Positions 31,412 through 44,200 of a DNA stretch of 64,000 bases are shown piece by piece (positions within the stretch are counted from its first letter, which is position 1; the number at the start of each line of letters is the position of its first letter). Origin of the DNA: Raillietiella orientalis (lineage: Eukaryota); assembly GCA_036172245.1 (NCBI GenBank), contig JAYWIR010000047.1:992001-1056000 (forward strand), read 5' to 3'. The position numbers and the translations under genes are program-made. The notes below the pieces were generated by a model. The model had not been told where the DNA came from. It was given only the letters and a program-made list of their open reading frames with translations, and did no database searches.

Positions 31412-33230
31412 ATTACAATTAAAAGTTTTCTCTATAAGATTATTTTCAACATAAATCAATGCTTCATTTATATTAAAAAAATATCAAATTCCTCCAAAGC
31501 AGATAAACAAGGAAATGCAAAAATGAATTTAAAAACGCTTCTAAAATCAAAATCTTCACACATGAACATACATTATATCAAGTATACGTTGCGTACATCA
31601 TAATTATACATTTACCATGTAGAACAAATATTTATAACAAGAACCGAAATTTCAAATCATAAAACAACCTAATTGTGGGCATTTTTTTTATCTCGACTTT
31701 TGGCATCCAAACTCCAATTTAATCTTTCACTCGAAAACTTGCAAAAAACGATAAAATAAAATACGATTAATGAAGGACGAATGCGCCCTTTCCCATTCTT
31801 ATCCAAAATAATGCACGTAAAACTGAAATGGTTACAGTGAAATAACAACACACGACATACAGCAAATATTTCAATTTCATTCATTTCCACTAACAAAATA
31901 GTTCTATTTTCATATCACGTGACAAAGCAAAAGCGAGACTTTGATACTATTTCAAATACCAAGACATCATTAGCTTCGGATAATAACAAATCACGAATAT
32001 TTATTAATATTCAATTTTACAAAACAGTTTTCTAATAATTAGTGATACTAAGCAGTAAAAATTCAAGAACTTCGAAAACCTGATGGCAGAAGCTGCCATT
32101 TCTACTAAACAATTTGAAATGTATCAAGTTTTCCAATGCAACAGCCAAAGAAAAAAACACACATAAAACTTATTTCTGAAGTTTGGAAAAGAATTAATTT
32201 CAATATTATTCGTTCGTCCTCCAGAACTCCTTCATCTCCCTAAAAAACACTGTAAACATTAAATGTTTGCATATTTTATATAACTTTCATTCTTTGTTAT
32301 GTCATTTTTTTAAACTACAAGAACAAGAATAGTAAACAAAGAAACATTAAGTGGAAGCTCAGTGAAAGACACACACACACATACACATAAACCAAAGCAT
32401 ATTGGAATTGTGATTCAGTCAGTTTCATATGCATTGTTCGAAGTTGCTTTTTTTATGCATATTGAACTTTTCGTTGTTGTATTGAATGCAATAATATTAA
32501 GACCACACAAGAAGACAAAATTTCACTCCCGTGAATAACATCATGCTGTTGGCTTGAATGATTCTTTATGGATTTTGAAAATTGTGCACACTAAACGGAC
32601 ATCTTTGGGTATCTCATGCATTCGTTGTTCCGAATTGGGCTGTGTGATAAATTGATTTCAATTAGATATAAGTTCGGGAAAAAATACTTCGGTAGAAAAA
32701 TTTGCCTTTGGAGTTCGAATAATGGAGAAAAACATAGCTCGAGTTTGTCGGGATTTTTGCTTATAAGTAATCTGAGATGTGAAAAACAAGCTGCATCACT
32801 GATACCCTCGTAACTTTGAACAAGGTTTCAGAAACCTTTTATTTTTGCTTGTATTAAAAAACTATAATGTTCATAATCACAAGCGAAGTGGCCACAAATT
32901 TGTACATCCGTAAGATGGGGAATAATAACAGAAAGTTTTCCAAAGATATTTACATGCGTACGATGAAAAGTCTAATCAGATTTCGAATGTTTGGTACTAA
33001 CCCAGAATATCTAAATGGATCTATACTTGTGCAAGAGAGATGAACAGTTGAAATGACTGATCAGAGAACAATCTGTACTAATATGAAACGTCATGCAGCT
33101 GCTTTTTTCTTCTGTCCACAAACTGTTATTCAACACAATGAATCTTAATTTGCTATCTCTCCTCAAAAGGAACTTCTTGCTTAGTCTCCAAGAATGATAG
33201 TAACTGTGCATAATTTCACAACAGTCTCAT

Positions 33231-33294
33231 TGGACCGCGCGATTACCATAGTAAAAACAATAACCTCGTTTTTACCATGCTAATCGGGGGTCCA
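33231..33294. repeat. Imperfect 64-nt palindrome/hairpin
   Basis: TGGACCgcgCGATTAcCATaGTAAAAAC-9 nt loop-GTTTTTACcATGcTAATCGggGGTCCA. Confidence 0.75.
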
Positions 33295-33309
33295 TAGAGT
33301 ATTTGTAGC

Positions 33310-36300
33310 GTCATGGCATTTCTTGGGAGATCGGACTATAGGATTTCCAGGAAGACTCATCTGCTAGGCTTTGCGAAGTGGAAAGCTCTGCCTCCATTGA
33401 AATCTACTCCTGTGCTTAACAGGGAGCTTTCCTGGACTGCCAGGGATGCCCGTCCTCATGCAAGTGTTTGTCCAGGACACCAGTACCCAGTCTGAGAAGT
33501 GGGGAGATGTTTCCATGCTGCTGTGTGAGCTGCATTGGAAAGTTGCCGAATTTCTGGGGCGGTTCCGATAAGCACCATCACTCTGGCAGCACACATTTCA
33601 ATGCTTCCCTATGGGAGGGCTGCCAGAACTGGTCCACTGCCCTCCATCATCGCTGCTGCTTCTGTGTTTTGGGCAGCAGGACATCCTTTGCCTTCCCTGC
33701 TTCTAACAGCACGGCAAATTGAGGAGGGACAGCGAGCGAATTTCTTCCGGATGACTCCCTTCAACTCAGAGTAGGGTTCCCGCCTCGAAAAGGGAGACAA
33801 GGCAGGTGACGGGAAGGGGGAGCAGCGAGGGAGAGCAGGAAAGAGGAAGAGGAATTCGGGGAAGGAAATCGAAGGTGCATCCAGGTCGGAGATACCGGTG
33901 TTCCTGCGGGATCCGACAAGAGACCACGGAAGCCGATGAAGCAAGGCTGGGAGTTCCGACAAAGACAGCTGGGTGTCCCAGGTGAGGCAGAATCGGACGG
34001 AAGGAAAGTCCGGGTGGTTGGGAGAGGCGCATCTGTTCCCAGCGACAGCGAAGATGAGCAGAGCCTCCCGGGCGCAAGGGAAGGCCGTCGAGCCTTGGAA
34101 GGGGGAGTAGGGGATGCGGGCAGCCCCGAAAACGCAGGAAGATGGGAAGGAAGTCCCCTCTGGTTTAGTCGGGGAAGTGGGGGGACGGTCCTCTCGCAGC
34201 CTCAGCAACGAGGACCCTGGTGAAGCCCCGCACCAGGACCGATGCGGATCTTCCCGCCGATGAGCACCGGGAAACCGAGGGGTGTCCTTTGAGTCGAGGG
34301 AAGGGAGCAGAGCACCCTTCGAGCGCGGAGGGCTCCACAAACGAATCCGCATCTCCGTACCGGTCACTGGACCCCCTCTCTGACCCTGCTGCGTTCCCGT
34401 TCCGGCTGCTCTCGTCCTCGAGTCACCCATCCCGGAGATGCCACAGATCGGAGGAGGGGCGCGAAGCAAACTCCCTTTTCTTCCCCCCCGGTTCCCTCAT
34501 TTCTCCCTCTTCTCAGGATGCTGAAGCAGACTAATGGCCAACGGACGTGTCGATCCAGCGCCCCGCATCCGCCGGCGCTCACGTGAAGGCATCCCTGAAG
34601 ATCTTGGTATCTGCCGCATCCCTGGAAGAAACCGCAGGGATCTCCTGCCTGCTCCCTTGAGGGGAGCGGTCCACGCGGAAACAGGCGTGCCCCCTCCTCC
34701 GGCCCCTGGCAAGAGACGGCCGCGCCAATCCGGGAGCAGTCCATTCCTTCCTTGGAGTGGCGGAGGTGGGGGGCTGGAGGGAACCCTGCAGCAGAAGCTT
34801 GTCGAGCCGGGGGGAGCCAGGCCCCAGGAGTCCCACGGGAGGGAAGTAGGCGACCCTGCCCTGCGTTCTCTTAACGCGCGCTCCTTCCCCACCTGAGGGG
34901 ACGGTCCGGGGCGAGTCCCGGAAGGAGACGCAGTCATTGGGGTCATCTCTTGGAGAGGCTGGGGGCGCTCTCCTTCCGCCCCCGGAACCGCGAAGGAGGA
35001 TCGGCCCCCCGAGGTCCTTGACCGAGATGCTGCCAAGGTTCCCCGTTCGTACGAACCGACCCCCTGGAGCCTCGATCCAGGGGTATCCCGGAGCTCCTCC
35101 TTCCCGGAGGGTGACGCGGGTCACCGGGCAGCAGGGGAAGGGGGCATCGGCCACTGGGGAGTTCTCCCTCCTCCCATGCGGCGACCCTGGCAGTCTCCGC
35201 TCCTCCCACGGAGGACGCCGTCCCTCGTGGGTCCGGGAAGGATGCCGGTTGGGCAGGGTTCCCCCCCTGTCTCCCCCCTGGGGCCTCCCCTTCGTAAAAG
35301 GAGGGCGACATTCGACCCCTCCCCCTTTCTTTCGATCAGGCGTGACCTTGCCCTCCTCCGAGCCCCGCCTATCAGCGAGTGCCCTTCCTTCCGCCCCATC
35401 CAACTTCTCGTCCGCACCGCTCCTCGTCCGCGGATCCCCAGATCACGCGGCGTGGAGTCCCCCCTCCTTCCCCCCGAGCCCCTACAGAAGCCTGCCGCGC
35501 TCCATCCCCCGCCCATGAGGCCCCCAAGATGTGGCCGCATTCCGGACGCTTCCGCGCCGAGAGAGCAACGGCCACTATCCGCTCTCCCCTCTCCGTCCCC
35601 ATCACGGAGATCGAAGGGAGGGCGTCTGCCACCGTACCATCCCTCTATCCCCCGCGGCCCGAGAGTGCTTAGCCGGGTCAAGGCCGGAGCGCGGGGGGAG
35701 GGGGACGGGGGCGACGGAGGTCTTCTCTCTAGCATCGTCACTCGCTCGTTGGACGGACGGCGAGCGAAGCAGGCTGCCCGCCGTCGACGGCGCCGGGACG
35801 CCGGCCGGAAGCGCCTCGACAGAGGCCGCAGAGGTGCGGCGGGGGCCGAGGAGAGAAGTGAGTCGGCGGCGAGGGAGTTGGCTGGAAACGCCAGCGCCGG
35901 AAGTGTCGTCACCGCGGGACGAGATGGCCACCGCTGACGACAGCCGACCCTGCAACGAGACGCCAGGGGCAATCTGACCGACTTGTCACCGGAGCGGTGG
36001 GGGCAGGTGCCGAGCGGGAAGGCACTCCTGGCCCTTGCCGGGGTTTCCCTCCCCTCCCCCCCCTCCGAATGCGTTTCGCGGAGGAAAAGACGCCCACCAC
36101 GTCGATTCCCTGGACTCGTCGCCCCACCATTTCTCCGCGTGGTCGGGAGATGGCAGGATCGCGTTCCGTTAACGGCCAGCCTACCGGGAACCCTCCTCCT
36201 CTTCCCTTCCCTTTCTCCTTTCCTCCTCCTCCTCTTCTCCTCCCTTCCTGCTCCTCCTCCCCCCGCGGAGGAGTCGGCAACGGCGTTTGCCGCGTACGGA

Positions 36301-39100
36301 GAGCTCCAGGACAGGAGCTACCCGAGGTCTGCCTCCGCACGTGCCAGGGAAGCACGCCAGGGAGCAGGAACCGTGTTCTCCGTCGGTGGTGCCGACCGAC
36401 GGGCGGCCGCCCATGGACCACCCCCGGGAGCCACCAGCCGCTCGATCGGCGGATTGAGGCGGCGAGGCGGCAAGCTCCGACCACGCAACACTGGAATGAC
36501 CCCGCTCTTTCCCGTTGGCCGTAGCGACGGAAGGTCCGCGACGGGCCGGTTCCCTACGCCGGGTACCTGAAGGCGACCAGAAGGCCGGACAAACCGGGGC
36601 AGTAGCCGCACAAACCGCCAGGGTCGGAACGCCCGCAACGGTTGGCGCATCCCCGTGGAAGGAGCCCTGCGGGGACCACCTTGAGGCACCTCCTCGCCTG
36701 CCTTCACGTGGGCTCGCCGTTCCCGGAGGGGTGGGTATGCTCGTCCAGGTCAGCAGGGCGTCAGAGCGCTCCTTCGCCCGCGACGTTGGCGTGCCCGTCG
36801 CGGTTTCCCGGGACCACCCTCGGACGGAGGCAGGGAAAGGGGCGCGCGTCCCTTTCCTTCGTTACTTCCCGCGCGGGAAAGGAAGTGGCTCGAGGGTTCT
36901 GGCACGGTCAGGCCCGCCCTGGAATTGCCGACTTTTCCACGCACGGGTGCGAGGGCGGGTTGCTGCCTCCGGGCGAACCGGCGTTCGGTCTCGCGACCGG
37001 TGGCTATCCTCGCCGTGAGTTCGCGAAAGGCGACGCATCACATTTCCGGGACCGACGAGGGAGGGAGGCGGCGCCGGAGAGCAGCCCCCCACTTCTTCGC
37101 CGGTCCTGGCGATATGAAGTGCCGCGCGCAAGAGGGCCGACCTTGCGATTGCCCGGAGAGGCGGGCCCAGGCAGCCGCCTGCCGCCGCCGTCTGCCGTTC
37201 CCTCCTCTTCCCAGAGGAAAGACGAGACGGCGGCGGCGCGGAACGGCGGGAGTGCTCTTCAAGGTCTGGCGCGCCGGGTGCCCGGTCGCGGCACGCCCAG
37301 GCGAACGACGGCCGGCCGGCCGAGGGCCTTTCCGGGCGTTCCGTCGCGGGAGCCGCCCTTGCTCGGACGGAGGGGCGGTCTCGGAGAGCGGGCGGCCTCC
37401 GAGCAACGCGCCTTCCGCTCCGGGGAAGCCGCTCTCGTCCGAGCGAGCTCAAGCAGGGAGCGGAAGCTCCCCGTTCCTGGCTGGCGGGAATCGTACCGAC
37501 TGGGGCCTGCCCGCTCCACACCCGGGACGGGCAAAGCGGAAGGGACCTCGTGGTCCGGGGAGGCTGGAAAGCCTTTCCTCCGCGGCTACTTGGGAAACCG
37601 GGCGCGAGTGGGGCAAGGACGATCGCCCCTAGCCCTCAGGGCACCGACTGCCATCGCGACTTGGCACGCCGCCATGCAGGCGGGCGCTCCTCCGCCAAGG
37701 TCGCGCGATGGAAGCGTCCGCGCCTCAACCCTCGACCCCCCCCCTCCTCCCCGAGGCCGCTCGAGAACTTTCGGAGCGCGATCTCCTCCCACCGTTTATG
37801 GGGGGTGGAGGGGTGGGGAAGGAAGGAGCACTCCCTCCGTCCAAGGTTTGGGAAGGATCACGGCCGCCTCGCCGTTCTCTCGCGGTGGACCGGAAGGGAG
37901 GTCCCCGGAGCACGCCAAGGGAGACTGCAGCTCACGCGCGCCGATCCGCAGACCGGGAGGCGGGAGAGAAGCCAGGACACAGATGTCTTCCCGTGCCGCT
38001 CTCCTCACCGTCAGCCGTGCGCTCTCCGACGGCGGGAGCGCCTCGCCCTTCCGCGTGCGCACGTGCGTCGCTCCGCGCGGGTTGCCAGGAGCCCAGCGGT
38101 CCAACGGGGCTTGCTGAACGGCACTGCGCCAATCAGAGACGCAGTCCAGCAAACAAAGCGCACGTGTTAAGTCCGGGGGAGCTGCGTCCGGCCCGCACGA
38201 TCCGACCGAGAGGTCAGCTCGCGGACAGAAACAAAAGGGGCAGCGGCGGATTCCTGGCATTCCCCGCGTTCGCATCCGGTCGGATCCTCGACCTGAATTC
38301 GCCCACGCGCGCGACGGAGTCGCGACGGACACGCGCGCACGGCGCATCTGGACTTTTGCGTCACGTCGGGACGAGAAGCCGCAGCAGCAGGGGCGGCGAG
38401 GTCCCCCCCCCCCTTCCCCATCGACCTGCGGATCAGGGTCCGGGGACCTGGGTGGGGGAACGGTGCTGGCTGCGGAAAGAAGAATCGCTATGCAGGCTCC
38501 TTCGCGCGAGAGACAACGCGCAGCGAGCTGCAGTCTCACGCTCTGGAGCTACCCCCGAGCAGCAGCTGCAGTCCTTCCGTGGGAAAGAAGGAAAAGTCAG
38601 ACGCACCGGACGGGCGCGGCAGCCTCGACGTGGAGAGCGGAGGAAGAGGAAGCGAGAGAGAAAGCGTGGAGGAATCGCCTCGCTCCAACAACTCACTGCC
38701 CTGAAAGCGGTGCGGGCGTCGCTCCGTACCGACCCGGCGCCCAGGATCCGAAGAGGCGGCCCGGCGTGCGCGGAGGAACGCCTGTGCCGTCCCGGCTTCG
38801 ACGGGAAAGCGCACAAGACCGGATGACGACGATTGCATCTCGCGGGGATACGAACATGTGCCCGTTCGGCACGCAGTGCCGCTCGCACCTCGCGCGTCTG
38901 GAAACGTGGAACGGGGTCGGGGAGCTCCTGGGTCGCGTGAATCTAGGCAGAAGATGGCTCTTCTCTTCGCCTGCGGACGGGAACAGGTGGGCGGCGTCTG
39001 GCCGGCATCCTCAGAAACGCCAAGACCCAACCGGACTCTCGGAAGGGTTCCCCGTCCGTGGACGCGAGGTGTTCACTTGTGGCTTGCGCAGGGGAAGAGA
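33310..39100 (+). mobile_element. Cryptic, heavily decayed near full-length L1/Tx1-like LINE
   Basis: Colinear motif ghosts: ORF1 LRSG, YGRAART, C..C..GH (33500-33700); EN PWSG, PQESH (34822), GDPG (35180), PDH (35438); RT AGRDG (~35915), RRPTI (~36120), RQG (36616), FARD (36773), GGLG (37374); C-terminal EH...C...VW (~38850-38900). Boundaries approximate. Confidence 0.6.
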
Positions 39101-41250
39101 ATGCATGCAAGCAAATGGAGCCCTGGTTCCCACGCCACCCCGGTGGCAAAAGCCGCCCGTACACACGTGGCTCGCTCACAAAAGGGTCACGTGCGTTGCA
39201 CACAGGTGTCGCCACCGTGCTGCTGGCCAAACGCGTGTGGTCAGTTCGCATTCGGAGGCAAAGAAACAAAAATCCTCCTCGTCGACGCACGTGCAGACTG
39301 CCCAGTCACTGCGGTGTTGCAAGATACGAGCAAGCGGACCTCCAAGCGCCAAGACGTGAGCGTGGCAGCAGCCCTGGCTGCACGGCCTCAGGAAGGGAGC
39401 TCGGACGCATCCGAACAAGTTCGTTCCCGGCTGAAATGCGGTGCACCTTCATCCTTTCGGCTCGACCGGGCGACAGGAATCTTGAGTGGGGACTGCGTCA
39501 TCAGAGTTCAGCGAAGGCGGCGTCCTGGAACGCAAGGTCTCGCCTTTACGGTGCACGTGAACACGTGGGAACATGTGTCTGCAAGTTACATGCCCCGAGA
39601 CGGGGTGAGGGGAGGGGGGGGGGAACACAAACTGCACGCCGTCTGGATCCAACATTCTTTATTTCGACTCTTCTTTTACATAAATATTCTCGTTCCAAAT
39701 CTCGGAGGCAGAAAATCAACGATGGTTCACACGGCAACTCTTCCTCTTTCGTTTATTTTGCTTGATTACGAAAAAAAAATCAAATACTTGAGATAAAAGA
39801 CTAAGACGACAAGGTACTCTGAGGTACGGAATCCACAACAGGCGGTCGCAACTTTCGGCACCTTCGGACTTTCGATAAAAATATCGTTTTCACTAGACGT
39901 GGATTCTGGAAAAGAAAGTCACTGTAAACAAGGAAAATAAAGCCAACAACATTACGGCACACAAAAGAGCACACAGATCTGCCACTTGGATAGCACGGAT
40001 TACCACTACTGCGCGCAATGTACCAACTCACACACAACGGCCCCCTTCGATTAACCATCGCGACCGTTCCTTCTGGTCCTGCAATCTCCCCGAAACGACG
40101 AGTCTTCGTTCCCGGAAGGAAAGGCAGGCGTAGGAGGGACGACTCACGTACGAACCAGGAAATGGACCCGAGCCCGAAGTCTATCGCACCGGGAGAATCG
40201 ATAAGGAAGGCTTTTTTGGGGGAATTCCAAGTTAGGCATGGCTTTCACGATACGACTCGAACGTATACACAGCAGCACGTAGACAAAACGGGCCTTTCGA
40301 GTCAACGGGCAAATGGCGCGCACGCTCCACTTCCTTCAGCGCCTACGAATGCAAGACTGCTAAAGACACGAAAATTGAGCTGTGGGTGCACAATGCACAG
40401 CAACGAAACACCTTACAGCACAAAGGCAACCAAATGAAACGGCACGCAACAAAGGCACCACACAATCGCTCTTCTGTGGTTCTTCGTCACCTCCGACGCT
40501 TCGACTTGCCATGAAGGCACCGGTCGACGGCCAAGGAGCGAGTCCACCGTCATGTATTTTTGATGGGGGTCTCAGACTTTTTCCAAAACGCGCCAAGAAG
40601 AAATACCTCAAATTTGCTTCTTTTCCTTTGTTCTTTTTTCTTTTCTTTTCTTTTCTTGTAGACAAAAAAAAAAAAAAAACATGTATAAAATCTGACTCGC
40701 AAAACAGAGATAGTGCATACGAAGACATAAATCTGTCAGGTTCAATGTCACTTTTCTGGCTGTTTAATTCATGACACTGGGAACTGAAGTCAAAACATAA
40801 ATCTCGTTAATAGCTTCACAGTGGTTGCTGATATGACACATGCATGTGATGAAGGTGCAACAACAGAAGGGGAATTACCACAAAAAATTGAAACTCCCCC
40901 CACCCTGAAAAAAGGGCTAATAAAGTGGGAAGGCTCCTGGGACAAACCTCTTAATGGAGACAATTTTGAACTCTACCACAAGATTACTTATGGTGTATTT
41001 TATCTGACAGTAAATTTTCATGTAGCCCTCGCTGATATGAAAACAAAAAAGAATCCACTATATTGATACTTTTGAGAATCATATTTTTTTTCCTCGAAAC
41101 CTACTTGCTTATAAGATTTAAAACTTACTCTACAGATCTGCAAAGTACAACCCTGAAACACCCCTTGCACTGAGTGTTGCTACTGCAAGCCATATCAACC
41201 GCATGCAACTCAGCATACTGATCTGGAATGGAACTTGATGAAGCACCTAC

Positions 41251-44200
41251 CCTCCTTAGGAATCTCTGAAGAATCCTCATATCCAGAACCATCTTCATCA
41301 TCTAGAATTCCATAGAGTTCTTCACCACTGCCTTCTATAGATTTATCTTGAAAATACATTTCATCAAATGTGAAGGAATTGATTTGTTTCAAAAGACTCT
41401 ATTACAGATGAAAATAAACTATTAACTCTAAATTCATATGATTATATTTTTTAAATCAGTTAATAATGTTAACAAGTGGTATATTCAGAATGAAATTCTC
41501 TAGGAATTATGAACAGAAAGATGGCAAGTTTGAACAAAAATCACTGTACCATATGCATTCAAAGATCATTATTAATGCAATTACATTTAGTAATGAGAGA
41601 AAATACGTCCTCAAAAATCAGGAAGTATATGGAAACTCGACAACACAATTAATTTCATGGAATGATTCCAGATGATTCAAGTAGGCATTTTAGTTTGTAT
41701 AAAGAACTGTCAACACAATTTTAAATGCATATCAAACTGTACATATCAAAGTATTCAGCATCACAGCTTTCTCAACTCATACCTTAAATAGAAAGACAAA
41801 CGTAGATAAATTTTTGCCTAAAGCATTCATGATAGTAGATACGGCAAATGCCAAAACAACTTCATAAAGTCAAGAAATCAAGATGAAAACTGCTACTGAA
41901 AACTCTCCCTGTTCAAACACTGCAAGAATGACACATGAAACTGAAGGTTACATAACATTTACTTTGAACACATGACATCAATCAAGACAACCAAGCCAAA
42001 GTGAAAGACATATTACATTCCTTGTCCTTTCCACAGCCTTGAAATTGAAAATCTAAAACATGAAAAATGTAAACAATTAAACAGGGCAATGTATGTACAT
42101 GCTCCATGCTGCTTGCTAGGTCCCTAAATTTCCATTCACCTGTCAATAAAATCCAATCCATACCAATCAATCATTTACTATGACATATCTTAGATAATTT
42201 CCATCATGAGCAGTAAGAGTGATGAAATCCAATAAAATAAGGTACACAATATATTTTTTTTTAAATCGCAAACAAGACTTCACCAAATGGAAAACAGTTT
42301 TTTGTATAATATTTATAAAGCTATGACATACAATCACCATAACTTAGACAACTACTAGACAAAAAAAAAATAAAAAAATGCAAATGCAAAACACTTCTTC
42401 ATAATACTGTGATAGGAACTAAGATAAATTGTTTTGAACATTCTTGAGCAGTTTTTTTTTTTTTATTACAAATGTTTGTTGACAAATCACAGCTATCTCA
42501 GAAGGAATGTATATTTGGAGGGGAAGGACAATTCAGAACAAGTGAAATTATAGAATGAACGCCATAATCAAATACAGAATATTTGCCAGGATCTTTCAAG
42601 AGTTCAAAGTTATCACGATAGAATTTCTTTAATGTTAAGAAAAATGTCCATATCAAAGCAATAACATCAACAAAGTTGAGACATACTGAAAGTCAACTGT
42701 AATGACACAATTAAGTGTCATTATTACAATTACAGAAGACTTGGTTAGGTGAACAATAAACAGAACTGCATACTTAAATGAACAGCTCAAAATGGATATT
42801 TTCAGTTAAGTGTTTTGCATGTTTTCCATTGCAGACTACACACTTGTTAAGTGCAAAAGGCCTTGCATTAGATTACTTAATTGAAAGGTGAACTTCAACT
42901 TAATGACATGAATGCAACTGAATGAAGTATAATGAAAAAACTGATAATCAATATAACAAATAATTCCTTTAAAGAGAAAATTCAATTCATGGATGCTGAA
43001 AATTCAGTTCAAGGATGTTCACTTCATCCTTAAACATTAAATTCATAAAGCGCATTTTTAAAGTAAAAGATTCCTTGGAACTTTTTCAATTAAACACCTA
43101 CTTCAGGGACATCTTCCAATTTGTCTATTAAATTCGCATTTACTTTGTAAAGTTTTTCATCTGGAATTTCCCATGACTCCCCAATCACATTATTAATTAG
43201 TGGAATGGCCAACATAAAAAGTGATCAGTATCATAGGAACCTGAATTTTCTTAGGAAAAACGAAACATTTTTTTTTTTCTCTCAAAAATAATATTGAGTT
43301 GAGACCTTTTGATTTTTGTTTGTCCAACCAATTCCTCTTTTAATGTCTTGTTCTACAGAAACAACTAATGATAAACACCACAGCATCACATATTTAAGAT
43401 TTTATTTCCCTATAAATTCAACTCCTAAAAAAACGTTAAAAGAAATTGCAAAGTAATTGATAAAGAATCCTTGCATTTCACTTCCGTTCCAATTAATGCA
43501 TTATTATGCTAATATGAGAGATAACATTAATACCAAAAAAAGAGTGTTCACTTGTGAAAATATATAAAGATCTTTGAGAATTGAAAAAATGAAATACGAT
43601 AAAAGCTTTCTAATTTCTTACTTACCTGTGTAGCGAAATTCAATTTCATCTTTAATGCACTGACAGAAGGAAGTTCATCTGGAACAGAAGTTGTAGCAGG
43701 TGCTTGATGATGATGCTCATAGCTGAAATCAAATAGTCAGTACCTTACATTTATCTAATTCAAGGCTACGATAAAAAATGAATTGTATCATTAATCAGAA
43801 ACATACTTTCCTACTTGAAATCCATTCCAACAGTGTTCATTGTTAGGTACAAACTCCTCTTTGTTATTGCAAACAAAGTCTGGAAGAGTGGCTAGATATC
43901 CCAAAGAATTTTTTAACTCTACAATTAACTTGTGTAAACTTGTATGGGCAGAAAACTCATCATTCCACGAAGTCAACCGTAATAATAAATTATTCACTCT
44001 TGCTCTTTCGGTTGCATTTTCATTCTGAGTTCCATTACAAAACTGAATAACCTGAACAAATAATTGTAAATTTCAAGACCCATTTTCCATGGTAAAACTC
44101 ACACTTGCCTTTAATCAATGCATTTTTATTCGCTGATATAAAATTTGAGCATTGCTTATGGTTTCTTTTCTAGATTATATAGTCAACATTTATATATGCA

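Noticed and set aside
43102..43215. Extra glypican exon (MLAIPLINN...DVPE|GTAGG)
   Set aside because: No AG acceptor in the required phase; exon 5 joins the Ser-Gly exon in frame without it.
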